From Capsulimonadaceae bacterium (lineage in GTDB: Bacteria; Armatimonadota; Armatimonadia; Armatimonadales; Capsulimonadaceae), in contig OZ244065.1 in NCBI GenBank assembly GCA_965215505.1, positions 800,001 through 864,000 on the forward strand: a DNA stretch of 64,000 nt, read 5' to 3'. Shown piece after piece: positions 63,935 to 64,000 of the stretch. A model generated the notes under the pieces. It saw only the letters and a list, made by a program, of their open reading frames with translations. It was not told the origin of the DNA and ran no database searches. The position numbers and the translations under genes were made by a program. Within the stretch, counting starts at the first letter, position 1. Every line of letters starts with the position of its first letter.

Positions 63935-64000
63935 AAGCGGGAATGGTCACGGCCTCGCCTTCGCGCAGGGCGGACTCATGAGCGCAAAGGCCGGGGGCGG

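Noticed and set aside
1-64000. tRNA, rRNA or known riboswitch
   Set aside because: No cloverleaf, rRNA-like or recognisable Rfam motif seen by eye; an Infernal/tRNAscan run would be needed to exclude them

Overview
High-GC chromosomal window from a diderm bacterium, most likely Armatimonadota (Capsulimonas-like). This is an inference from the UBact-type proteasome operon, a DUF6785-like membrane protein and BamA/TamB. From left to right: a bamA - ECF sigma - tamB - lipA cluster (minus strand); a lower-GC, translationally coupled pair of STAND-like NTPases (candidate defence module); K+-independent H+-PPase, SDR, GH15 and several unknown or secreted proteins; a small wHTH regulator divergent from icd-ppc with a clear palindromic operator; an accessory block (DUF1963-like, large FlgD-Ig/beta-propeller protein, DinB); an APC permease - PP2C - membrane Ser/Thr kinase module; a complete arc-dop-ubact-prcB-prcA-pafA protein-tagging/proteasome operon preceded by a C-terminally degenerate ECF sigma factor; recQ; a toxin-antitoxin-rich patch (RelE/ParE pair, decayed Fic toxin with a convergent SxxxEG antitoxin, both hit by an IS1-family element); an ABC exporter; a DUF47-PiT-GH130 operon with a PHO-box-like repeat; an orphan CcrM-like methyltransferase; beta-carbonic anhydrase; rlmI; namZ. 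Several GTAG-type REP/REPIN-like palindromes and at least four apparently leaderless genes are present. I saw no rRNA, tRNA or CRISPR array. All family calls come from motif recognition by eye, not database searches.
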